32,000 bases of DNA from Candidatus Electronema halotolerans (lineage in GTDB: Bacteria > Desulfobacterota > Desulfobulbia > Desulfobulbales > Desulfobulbaceae), in the NCBI GenBank assembly GCA_942493095.1, contig OW818675.1:1140001-1172000 (forward strand). Reading direction: 5' to 3'. Positions 7,884-16,184 of the stretch are shown piece by piece. Position numbers and translations under genes: made by a program. Each line of letters starts with the position of its first letter. Positions within the stretch are counted from its first letter, which is position 1. The notes beneath the pieces are model-generated. The model was not told the origin of the DNA. It ran no database searches and worked only from the letters and a program-made list of their open reading frames with translations.

Positions 7884-9234
7884 CATATTTTTGTGCAATA
7901 ATCATATTATGCGATGTCACATAAAGATTATTCTGCTCGCGCATTGTTTTCTTTTAGTTCTTCTGGCTGTGTTAATTTTTTATATCCAGCATGAAAAACA
8001 ACAAGAGAAAGAACCAAATACTATTTATATAGGAATTGCTTGGGCAGACTATGACAGTTTTATTGATGGGGCCGAATTAGCTGTTTCTGAAGCAACCAAG
8101 GCTGGAGGTGTGCTGGATAAAAAAATTCAATTGGTGATCAATACGGATGAATCTGAGGCCGTAGCCATGCTGAAAAAAGAATCGTCCATTCTGATCGGCG
8201 ACCGCATTAAAGAACCATCACGAAAAGTTGCCCGTTATTTTGCCGACTACTCTCCAAAAATTACAGCAGTCATTGGTCATGGATACTCATTCATGGCAGT
8301 GTCGGCAGCAAGTCTGTATCAGCAAAAAAAAATAGTTTTTATTACTCCCAGCGCGACGAATGGTATCCTGACGAGCATGGGTTTTACTTATGTTTTTAGA
8401 ATGATGCCGAAAAACAGCGCGCAGGGTTACCAGCTTGGCAAGTACAGTGTTGCAAAGAAAATTAAAAGAGCTGTAGTGTTTTATGAGCGTACTGAATATG
8501 CTTTTGAGCTTGGGCAGGCTTTCCGGCAATTTGCTGCACGCCATGGCATAGATGTAGTTCTTCAATTTCCATTCCTGCAAATGAAAAACGAATTCACCGA
8601 ACTGCCCGGATGTGTTGCTGAAACAAAGAAAATACATAAAGAAAGTCCTGTTGATGCAGTATTTATATTTACAGGAGGATCTCTGGCAAAAAAAATAATT
8701 CATGAATTTTACAAGAGAAATGTTAACGATGTGCAGTTCATAGCTGGAGAAAGTGCTAATGATGAAGAGTTCTGGGATGAAGTCAAACTACTACAGGGCG
8801 AATCAGGAAAACCTGCTGCAGCAAGCACGCCAAGTATATTTAACAGTAATAATACAGATACTCTTGTGCAAAATTTCAAGAAAAACTTTACAGAAACATA
8901 CAGTCAGGAGCCAGATTATGTTGCCGCGCTCGGGTATGATTCAATTAACGTTATTATCAACGCAATCAAAAATGCAGGCAGCAGTGACTCTGCTGATGTT
9001 GCAAATGAAATTAGATACATGTATCCATGCCGGGGCGTGACAGGAAGAATTGCCTTTGATGAAAACGGCGACCCAGATGATAAATTGTATCTGATCAGAA
9101 GCACTGCCGGAAACGATTTTGAATATCATGATTTAAACGGCAATATTATTGAACGGTTTGATGCTGAAACAGAAGGCCTGCCTGAATGCACAGCCATATT
9201 TAAAGCAATCAGCACGTCCTCTTCATCTGACTGA
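7873..9234 (+). CDS. Membrane-anchored periplasmic-binding-protein-like (Peripla_BP_6 / branched-chain amino acid binding fold)
   Basis: N-terminal hydrophobic segment IKIILLAHCFLLVLLAVLIFYI, then IYIGIAWADYDSFIDGAELAVSEATKAGGVLDKKIQLV... and ITAVIGHGYSFMAVSAASLYQQKKIVFITPSAT. Start uncertain (alternative ATG at 7909). Confidence 0.8.
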   Translation: MTNNIFLCNNHIMRCHIKIILLAHCFLLVLLAVLIFYIQHEKQQEKEPNTIYIGIAWADYDSFIDGAELAVSEATKAGGVLDKKIQLVINTDESEAVAMLKKESSILIGDRIKEPSRKVARYFADYSPKITAVIGHGYSFMAVSAASLYQQKKIVFITPSATNGILTSMGFTYVFRMMPKNSAQGYQLGKYSVAKKIKRAVVFYERTEYAFELGQAFRQFAARHGIDVVLQFPFLQMKNEFTELPGCVAETKKIHKESPVDAVFIFTGGSLAKKIIHEFYKRNVNDVQFIAGESANDEEFWDEVKLLQGESGKPAAASTPSIFNSNNTDTLVQNFKKNFTETYSQEPDYVAALGYDSINVIINAIKNAGSSDSADVANEIRYMYPCRGVTGRIAFDENGDPDDKLYLIRSTAGNDFEYHDLNGNIIERFDAETEGLPECTAIFKAISTSSSSD

Positions 9235-9344
9235 CGCTATAGCTAGCGGTTGCACGCTAAGTGAATATCAAATGGACTTATTCTATCTACTCAAACCTGA
9301 AGCCGCTATATATCACCCTGAAAAGCAGCTTCAAACACAGCACT

Positions 9345-9364
9345 CCTGTGGAGCGTCCCACAGG
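9345..9364 (+). promoter_or_regulatory. Small hairpin upstream of the Met-rich protein gene
   Basis: CCTGTGG-AGCGTC-CCACAGG. Confidence 0.5.
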
Positions 9365-9393
9365 GTAATCATCAATCAAAAAAGAGAGAAATT

Positions 9394-9999
9394 ATGAAAA
9401 AGTTTGCTTTGAAACTCTCAGCAGCGGCACTATGCTTTTTAGCAACTGCTAATTTGGCAGCAGCGGCATCCTCTGGACACAAGGAAACTCGCCAGCTTGA
9501 TCCTGTCCTTCTGAAGACTGTTGGTCAGGCTTTACTCGAAAGGCAGCAGGTAGAGATCGAAAAAAGATACCCTGCCATGCTGTTTAAGCCAGAAATGATG
9601 AACAAAATGATGGGCGAGCTGGCCTTGCAGACTTCCATGCAGAATGCTGTCCAGCCAGTCATCATGAATATGGTTATGGGAATACTTACGAACAACGGTC
9701 AAGGACAGCAAGATGCTGTGAGTAACTTTGCTAACCTGCGTGAACAGATTGTTAAAACACAGCAGGAAGCCATGATGAATATGCATGCACAGGCTCCAAT
9801 GCAAAGTCAGATGCGGGAGAAGATGGTAAATGCAATAGCCCCAACAGGATATTTGCAGGATATATTCATGCCGAGACAGAAGGCTATGACACAAGGGGAG
9901 TTCCATGCTGGCTTTTTTCTACAAGAGCAGATGAAGACAAACCCGGTGCCTCTGCCGGGAATAGAACCGGTGCCTCCACAGTATCCACCGAAAAAATAA
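9394..9999 (+). CDS. Exported Met-rich protein of unknown function
   Basis: Signal peptide MKKFALKLSAAALCFLATANLAAAA; mature part has about 18 Met and no Cys (EMMNKMMGEL, VIMNMVMGIL, EAMMNMHAQAPMQSQM); Pro-rich C-terminus; RBS AGAGA. Confidence 0.8.
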   Translation: MKKFALKLSAAALCFLATANLAAAASSGHKETRQLDPVLLKTVGQALLERQQVEIEKRYPAMLFKPEMMNKMMGELALQTSMQNAVQPVIMNMVMGILTNNGQGQQDAVSNFANLREQIVKTQQEAMMNMHAQAPMQSQMREKMVNAIAPTGYLQDIFMPRQKAMTQGEFHAGFFLQEQMKTNPVPLPGIEPVPPQYPPKK

Positions 10000-10128
10000 T
10001 TAGGTGGATTCAGGGCAGTTTCGGATTGAGCAGACCCAGATGTATGTAATAATTTGGCATTTGCTCAACCAGAAACTGCTGCATGGCAACTCCCTCAGAA
10101 AAGCCGAGGGAGATTTTTGAACTGTTTT

Positions 10129-10150
10129 AACATCTTCAATTGAAGATGTT
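10129..10150. promoter_or_regulatory. Perfect 22-bp palindrome (operator or weak terminator)
   Basis: AACATCTTCAATTGAAGATGTT, followed by TTAAG. Confidence 0.75.
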
Positions 10151-10215
10151 TTAAGCATAGATTACTTGCCGCTGTTGTTGCGGTTTGAATTCAACTTAAC
10201 AGAGATGATCTTGTC

Positions 10216-10647
10216 ATGAAAATATATTCTACAGCAATAATCCTGTTTTCTTTGTTAGTCAGTAGCACTGCCGTTTTTTCTGCCCCGATTTTTTCTCCTC
10301 ATGTCTGTAGTGGATATAACCAAAAAGGTGGCTCTTGTGTCGCCTCTTGCAAAGCTGGTGAAATTTCAGTATGTCGTGATGCTTCTGATGCAAACGATCC
10401 GCAATGCTATTGCAAAGCAGGAAATAGTGATCGTTCGTTTAATGGTTTTTTGGATAGCCTGAAAATTGAAGCAATCAAAGACAATAACCATTCGCTAGCT
10501 GTTGTTGCAGATATCATTTTACAGGCAGACAGAGACCTTTTTCCTGAAGGAGAAAGGCTGGTGGCCGCTACAGCTCTATGCGATGCCCGACCACCAGAAC
10601 CTCTATACTGCTCAATAAGACTTCCCGATGTGCTGCCATTGCCATAG
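10216..10647 (+). CDS. Exported Cys-rich small protein of unknown function
   Basis: Signal peptide MKIYSTAIILFSLLVSSTAVFS; eight Cys in the mature part (HVCSGY...SCVASC...SVCRD...QCYC...LCDA...YCSI). Confidence 0.7.
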   Translation: MKIYSTAIILFSLLVSSTAVFSAPIFSPHVCSGYNQKGGSCVASCKAGEISVCRDASDANDPQCYCKAGNSDRSFNGFLDSLKIEAIKDNNHSLAVVADIILQADRDLFPEGERLVAATALCDARPPEPLYCSIRLPDVLPLP

Positions 10648-10814
10648 TTCAGCAACGTGATTGTGCTCTGCGCATAAATCATGATGTGTCATATTTCTTG
10701 ACAGTGTGCAGTGCATATTAGTTTAGAGCAGAGAGCTTTTATGATTTTTCATCTTGAAAACTCTCTGTTTTCTATACGCTGCTTCATTTTTTCTGAAACA
10801 GGTTCTTCTTTGCC

Positions 10815-11336
10815 ATGCCAACGCCTTTCTCGCAGACTGCCCAAGCCCTGCAAGCAGATCAGGGACGTTTCAGTTTGCTGAGTTTAAGTGTCGCTGTTGT
10901 GATTCTCCTGCTCTGGTGCTGGTGGCTGTTTTATGCGCCTGTCTATCTTTCTGTCAGCAGCACCCAGCTGCACGTGACCTCAGTCGAGCAGCCGACATGG
11001 AAGCTGTCTGAGGGCAGTGGACGGCCAGCAGCGTACCAACAGTATGAAGTGCAGGCGCAGTTCACTCCGGCAGATGCGGCCAACATTAAGGTCGGGCAAG
11101 CGGCAAAGCTGTTTCTGCGCAGCTCAGACACCCTGCCACGACGGCCTCTGCCAGCAATTGTGGCGCAGGTGCAGGCGGACAAGGGGCTTGTCTCTCTCAG
11201 GCTGGAGCTGCCGCAGGAAACCTCAGCCAAGACCTTGGCAGGGACAACCGTTGAGCGGGCCGAAATAGCGATTGCCAAGACATCGCCGGTGAATTTTCTG
11301 CTCCACACTTCATTCGGCATCAAGGCAGTTGACTGA
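10815..11336 (+). CDS. Short HlyD/membrane-fusion-like adaptor
   Basis: One N-terminal TM (LLSLSVAVVILLLWCWWLFYAPVYL), then KVGQAAKLFLRSSD...IVAQVQADKGLVSLRLELP; stop lies 3 nt before the C39-ABC start. Confidence 0.6.
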   Translation: MPTPFSQTAQALQADQGRFSLLSLSVAVVILLLWCWWLFYAPVYLSVSSTQLHVTSVEQPTWKLSEGSGRPAAYQQYEVQAQFTPADAANIKVGQAAKLFLRSSDTLPRRPLPAIVAQVQADKGLVSLRLELPQETSAKTLAGTTVERAEIAIAKTSPVNFLLHTSFGIKAVD

Positions 11337-11339
11337 CCG

Positions 11340-14054
11340 ATGACAAAAATTGCCTCTTTTCTGGGAATGCGGCAGGATGGCCGCCGTTTTCTCATCCCGG
11401 AAGTGGTGCAAAGCTCGATGATGGACTGCGGGCCTGCGGCCTTGAAAGCCCTGCTGGCCGGATTCAACATTCAGGTCCATTACGACCGGCTCCGGGAAGC
11501 CTGCCAGACTGACGTGGATGGCACCTCCATCGACACTTTGGAGGATTTGGCAGTCCAGCTCGGTCTTGATGCCGTGCAGGTGATGCTGCCTGCGGATCAT
11601 CTCTTTCTCGCCTCAGCAGAAGCCCTGCCCGCGCTGGTGGTGGTGCGGCAGCCGAACGGCTTCACTCATTTCATTGTCTTATGGCGGCTGCATGGCCGCT
11701 GGGCGCAGATTCTTGATCCGGGCACAGGCCGTCATTGGCTCCGCATCGAACAGCTCAAGCAGCGGCTCTACCTGCACCAGCAGAACATTGCGACAGAAGA
11801 CTGGCAGGAATGGTTAAAAAGTCCGGCCTTCTGCGAACCGCTTCAGGAACGGCTGGTCCTGCTCTGCGGCGATCCGGCTTGGTCTGAAGACATTGTCGAA
11901 GAGGCCCGGGCCGCTCAGGGCTGGCAGGAGCTGGCCGCTTTGGATGCAGCGGTGCGGATGACCCAGTCCTTGGTCCGGGCCAAAGGCGTGGGCCGGGGCA
12001 GCAAGGCCGGTCTGCTGGCCCAGCAGCTCGCCTGGCAGCCGGAGAAAATTCCCCTGTTGTACTGGTCAGCCCGGAAAGTGCCTGAAGACAGCAGTTCCGT
12101 GATTATTCAAGGGGCGGTGCTCATTCATGTGGCTGGCCTGCTGGAGCCGGAAGAGGACTTGGAAGAAGAAAGCGGCTCTGATTTCACCCCTGATCAGGAG
12201 AGCGGGCCGTCATCCGCCGCCTTGCGGGCCGCTCTCAGCGAGCCGCCGCCGCCCAGCCCGGAGCAGCATATAGCAAGTGCCCTGCGCGAGGATGGTCTGC
12301 TTGTTCCCCTGCTGATGCTCGCTGGCGTGGTGCTGGCCGGGTTCAGCATCTGCATGGAAATTGTCATGCTGCGCAGTCTGATGGAGGTCTGTCAGCAGAC
12401 GCAGCTCATCAACCAGCAGACAGAGACCTTTGCCGCAGTGACCCTGTTTCTCTGCTGCCTGCTCCTGCTGGAATGGCCTTTGGGACTTGTCGCTTTAGGA
12501 CTGGGCCGCCGTTTTGAAGTCCGGCTGCGGCAGCGTTTTTTGGCAAAACTGCCCAAGCTGGAAGACCGCTATTTTCACAGCCGTCTCACTTCAGACATGA
12601 TTCAGCGGGCCTACGAGCTACAGCAGCTTCAGTTCATTCCCCTGCTGGGCATGAATTTCCTTAAAATGCTTGTTCATGCCCTCTGCATCACCGCTGGCCT
12701 GATTGCGCTCTACCCGGAAGGAGCTTTTCTGATTCTGCTGACCAGTGCGGCCAACATCGCCTTTGCCCTGCTCAGTCAGCCGCTGATGCAGGAGCAGGAC
12801 ATGCGCTTCCGCACCCATACGGCCAGCCTCAGCCGATTCTATTTGGATTCGCTGCAAGGCTTGCTGCCGATCCGCAGTCACGGAGCGGAAAAAGCCCTGC
12901 GCAGCGAGCATGAGCGGCTCTTGGTTGACTGGGCGCGGGCTGGGGGCGAATTTTTCCGCACCTTTGAATGGCTGACGCTCTTCGGTTCCCTGTTGAGCAC
13001 CGGCATGGCCATCTGGTTATTTTTCGACTACATGCACTCCGGCGGCGGCAGCAGCAACACCCTGATCCTGCTTTACTGGATGCTGATGCTGCCCAATCTT
13101 GGCCGTTCCTTGGCCGAGCTGGCCCAGCAGTATCCCTCGCTGCGCAACCGCCTCCTGCGCCTGCTTGAGCCGCTCAACGCCCCGGATGCCAGTCGGCATT
13201 GGTATCCGGCAGAGCAGGAGGAAAATCAGGAGGAGCAGCGCGCAGGCGCGGCAGTGCGGTTTGAGGATGTCAGCGTGGTGCTTTCCGGCCAGACAGTCCT
13301 GAACAATTTGCAGGCCGAGCTGCGTGCAGGAGAACACGTGGCAGTGGTCGGCGCATCTGGGGCGGGCAAATCCACTCTTGTCGGCCTGCTGCTCGGCTGG
13401 CACCGGCCTGCTCAAGGCGGCGCGGTGCGGATCGATGGCAGGCTGCTCCAAGGCGATTTCCTTCAGCAGCTCCGCCGAGAGCTGGTCTGGGTTGACCCCG
13501 AAGTGCAGCTCTGGAATCGTTCGTTCCGCGACAATCTCAGCTATGGCAATGACAGCGGCGACGAGCTGCCGCTGGATATCCTCAGTCAGGCTGACTTGAT
13601 AGACGTGCTGGCCCGCCTGCCAGAGGGCGAGGAAACCCTGCTGGGCGAAAACGGCGGTCTGCTCTCCGGCGGCGAGGGACAACGGGTCAGGCTGGGCCGG
13701 GGCATGAACCGCAGCAGTCCTCGCTTGGTGATTCTTGATGAGCCGTTTCGCGGCTTGACACGCGGCCAACGGCGGGAGCTGTTGACCAAGGCCCGCCGCT
13801 GCTGGCAGACCGCCACCTTGATTTTCATCTCTCATGATGTCAGCGACAGCTTGGGATTTGACCGGGTCTGGATGATGGCGGACGGCGAGCTGATTGAGGA
13901 TGATCACCCGGAAACGCTGGCCGGCCAGCCGGATTCCGCCTATGCCCGCCTGCTGAAACAGGAACGGGCGGTCCGCGAGCAGGTCTGGGAGAGCACTGAC
14001 TGGGTCCGGCTCCGCATTGACAACGGCAGGCTGCACGGCCATGCTGCGGATTGA
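11340..14054 (+). CDS. Peptidase C39 domain-containing ABC exporter (PCAT-like), 904 aa
   Basis: C39 Cys in SSMMDCGPAAL, His in GFTHFIVLW, Asp in QILDPGTG; TM region; Walker A GASGAGKST; signature LSGGEGQRVRLGR; Walker B LVILDEPF. Confidence 0.93.
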   Translation: MTKIASFLGMRQDGRRFLIPEVVQSSMMDCGPAALKALLAGFNIQVHYDRLREACQTDVDGTSIDTLEDLAVQLGLDAVQVMLPADHLFLASAEALPALVVVRQPNGFTHFIVLWRLHGRWAQILDPGTGRHWLRIEQLKQRLYLHQQNIATEDWQEWLKSPAFCEPLQERLVLLCGDPAWSEDIVEEARAAQGWQELAALDAAVRMTQSLVRAKGVGRGSKAGLLAQQLAWQPEKIPLLYWSARKVPEDSSSVIIQGAVLIHVAGLLEPEEDLEEESGSDFTPDQESGPSSAALRAALSEPPPPSPEQHIASALREDGLLVPLLMLAGVVLAGFSICMEIVMLRSLMEVCQQTQLINQQTETFAAVTLFLCCLLLLEWPLGLVALGLGRRFEVRLRQRFLAKLPKLEDRYFHSRLTSDMIQRAYELQQLQFIPLLGMNFLKMLVHALCITAGLIALYPEGAFLILLTSAANIAFALLSQPLMQEQDMRFRTHTASLSRFYLDSLQGLLPIRSHGAEKALRSEHERLLVDWARAGGEFFRTFEWLTLFGSLLSTGMAIWLFFDYMHSGGGSSNTLILLYWMLMLPNLGRSLAELAQQYPSLRNRLLRLLEPLNAPDASRHWYPAEQEENQEEQRAGAAVRFEDVSVVLSGQTVLNNLQAELRAGEHVAVVGASGAGKSTLVGLLLGWHRPAQGGAVRIDGRLLQGDFLQQLRRELVWVDPEVQLWNRSFRDNLSYGNDSGDELPLDILSQADLIDVLARLPEGEETLLGENGGLLSGGEGQRVRLGRGMNRSSPRLVILDEPFRGLTRGQRRELLTKARRCWQTATLIFISHDVSDSLGFDRVWMMADGELIEDDHPETLAGQPDSAYARLLKQERAVREQVWESTDWVRLRIDNGRLHGHAAD

Positions 14055-14077
14055 ACCTCTGCTCATGAAGCGCAATT

Positions 14078-16174
14078 ATGATTTTTGAGCTTGTCCTGTT
14101 TGGCGGAGCCGCTGCGGTGTTCTTGGACAATCGGCGCAGCAGGCCAAGTGCGCCGTCCTGCCAGCGACTGACAAAAGGGTGTCAGTCCTGCCCAAAGCCG
14201 TGCCGCCGAAAAAAAGGCAGGCAGATGCGTGATCTGGTCACAGACCGGCACCGGCAGCAGCTCAAGCTGGAGCTTGAGCCGACCCAGGCGGCAGCCTTGG
14301 CAAAAGTGCGGCAGGAGAATCAGCAGACCATGCTGCTCTCGCTGACAGCGTTCAGCTTTTCCCTGCTTGGCAAGCTCATCCTGCCCTTGGTTTCGGTCAG
14401 CATTGCCATCATGCTCTATCTGCTGACCAAGAATATCGCGGACATTAAAAAGGATTTCCAGCGAGGGCAATATGTCAGCACCCATCTGCTCGGCCTGGTC
14501 ATGATCCTTGGCCTGATTGTCACGGACAACGTGGTCTTTGCCGCCATTTCAGTTCTGTCAAGCAGCTTCTTCTCCATGCTTGTCAGGCTGATCAACGAGA
14601 ATTCACAGCAGAAGCTGATCAGCGTCTTCAGCGAACACCCAGCCCAAGTTTGGCTCCTGCAAGATGGAGTTGAGATGCAAACAGATTTTTCCAGCCTTCA
14701 GCGTGGTGATCTTATCGTTGTCAATGCCGGGGAGATGATTCCGGCAGACGGCAGCATCACGGACGGAGAAGGGCTGGTGGATCAGCATCTGCTCACCGGA
14801 GAAAGCCTGCCTGCGGAAAAATCCAGCGGAGATGCGGTTGCCGCCGCAACTCTGCTTCTCAGCGGGCGGCTGGTGATCGCCGTGGCAGGCAGCGGCGAGG
14901 CGGCGATGGCTGCCGAGGTCAACGAAGCACTTGACCGGACGCAGCAGTACAAAGACACCTTGGTACTCCGAGGCCGCCGCATCTATGAGCAGTTTGCTCC
15001 GGTCACACTTGGCCTCAGCGCAGTGACGCTGCCAGTGCTGGGCGCGGATGCAGCCTTGGCCGTGCTGTGGTCTGACATGGGCAGCATTGCTGCGGATGCA
15101 GGCGCAGGCGCGCTGTTCAACTCTCTCCAGCTGTTGGCGCAGGAAGGCATCTTGGTCAAAGACGGCAGAGTCTTTGAGACCTTGCAGGATGTTGACACGG
15201 TTGTTTTTGACAAAACCGGCATCCTGACCTTGCCGCAGCCGACTGTGGGCAAAATTCACCTCTTTGCCGCTGCGGACGAAAAAACAGTGCTTTGCCATGC
15301 CGCTGCCGCAGAATACCGGCAGCAGCATCCGATTGCGCAGGCCATTCTTGCCCACGCCGCTGCCGAGCAGCTTGCTGTGCCGCTGCCGGAAAAAACAATT
15401 TCTGTGGCGGGCGGTGGAGTCAAAGTCTCTGCTGACGGCCAGACAATTGTTGTCGGCAGTGCCCGCTTTTTAGAACAAGAAGGGGTTGTTCTCCCGGAAG
15501 AGGCGTTGCTGGTGCAGCAGGCTGCCAGCAGCGGCCACACGCTCATTTATGTCAGTGCTGACAGCAGGCTGGTCGGCATTTTGGAACTGGAGCCAGCCCT
15601 GCGGCCAGAGGCGGCCAGCATCATCCGGCAATTGCAGAAACGGAATATCAGATGCTGCATCCTCTCTGGCGATCAGGAAAGTGCTGTCAGGCATGCGGCG
15701 GAACAGCTTGGCATCGAAGAATACTGCACTGCCGCGCTGCCTGTTGATAAATATAATTACATAAACGAGCTGCAAAAACAAGGAAGATCAGTCTGCTTTG
15801 TCGGCGATGGTCTCAACGATGTCATGGCCTTGAAAAATGCCCATATTTCGGTGTCTATGAAAGGCGCGGCAGATGCGGCGGTGAATACGGCCCAGATTAT
15901 CTTCACAGATGGAAACTTGGAAAAGCTGCTCAGATTTTTTGACAGATCAAATGAGTTTCAGGAACTGATGAAACGCAATTATTTCATCAGTGTTGCGCCG
16001 AGCGTATTCACCATTGCCGGGGTTTATCTGCTTCATTTCAGAATCACTGCTTCCTTTGCCATCTTCAGCGCAAGCTGCGTAGCTGCTTTTTGCAACACAG
16101 CATGGCCGCTGCTGGAAAAATGCGGAGATAAAGTGAAAATACTTCCTCATGCTGAGGACAAAAATTTAAAATAA
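14078..16174 (+). CDS. P-type ATPase (P1B-like, lacks CPC motif), copy 1
   Basis: LTGESLPAEK, FDKTGILT, QHPIAQAIL (HP motif), GDGLNDVMALKNA; TM segment before DKTG reads WSDMGSIAADAGAGALFNSLQ; N-terminal Cys cluster CQRLTKGCQSCPKPC. Confidence 0.93.
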   Translation: MIFELVLFGGAAAVFLDNRRSRPSAPSCQRLTKGCQSCPKPCRRKKGRQMRDLVTDRHRQQLKLELEPTQAAALAKVRQENQQTMLLSLTAFSFSLLGKLILPLVSVSIAIMLYLLTKNIADIKKDFQRGQYVSTHLLGLVMILGLIVTDNVVFAAISVLSSSFFSMLVRLINENSQQKLISVFSEHPAQVWLLQDGVEMQTDFSSLQRGDLIVVNAGEMIPADGSITDGEGLVDQHLLTGESLPAEKSSGDAVAAATLLLSGRLVIAVAGSGEAAMAAEVNEALDRTQQYKDTLVLRGRRIYEQFAPVTLGLSAVTLPVLGADAALAVLWSDMGSIAADAGAGALFNSLQLLAQEGILVKDGRVFETLQDVDTVVFDKTGILTLPQPTVGKIHLFAAADEKTVLCHAAAAEYRQQHPIAQAILAHAAAEQLAVPLPEKTISVAGGGVKVSADGQTIVVGSARFLEQEGVVLPEEALLVQQAASSGHTLIYVSADSRLVGILELEPALRPEAASIIRQLQKRNIRCCILSGDQESAVRHAAEQLGIEEYCTAALPVDKYNYINELQKQGRSVCFVGDGLNDVMALKNAHISVSMKGAADAAVNTAQIIFTDGNLEKLLRFFDRSNEFQELMKRNYFISVAPSVFTIAGVYLLHFRITASFAIFSASCVAAFCNTAWPLLEKCGDKVKILPHAEDKNLK

Positions 16175-16184
16175 TGGTTGCAAG

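Noticed and set aside
9149-9397. 82-aa plus ORF overlapping the end of the binding-protein gene
   Set aside because: Overlaps the supported CDS in another frame, lacks an RBS and has no domain-like pattern.
10739-10882. Small ORF MIFHLENSLFSIRCFIFSETG... before the HlyD-like gene
   Set aside because: Overlaps the HlyD-like CDS out of frame, and nothing beyond an ATG supports it.
13017-14075. 352-aa minus-strand ORF
   Set aside because: It is antisense to the C39-ABC nucleotide-binding domain, whose Walker and signature motifs are clear on the plus strand.
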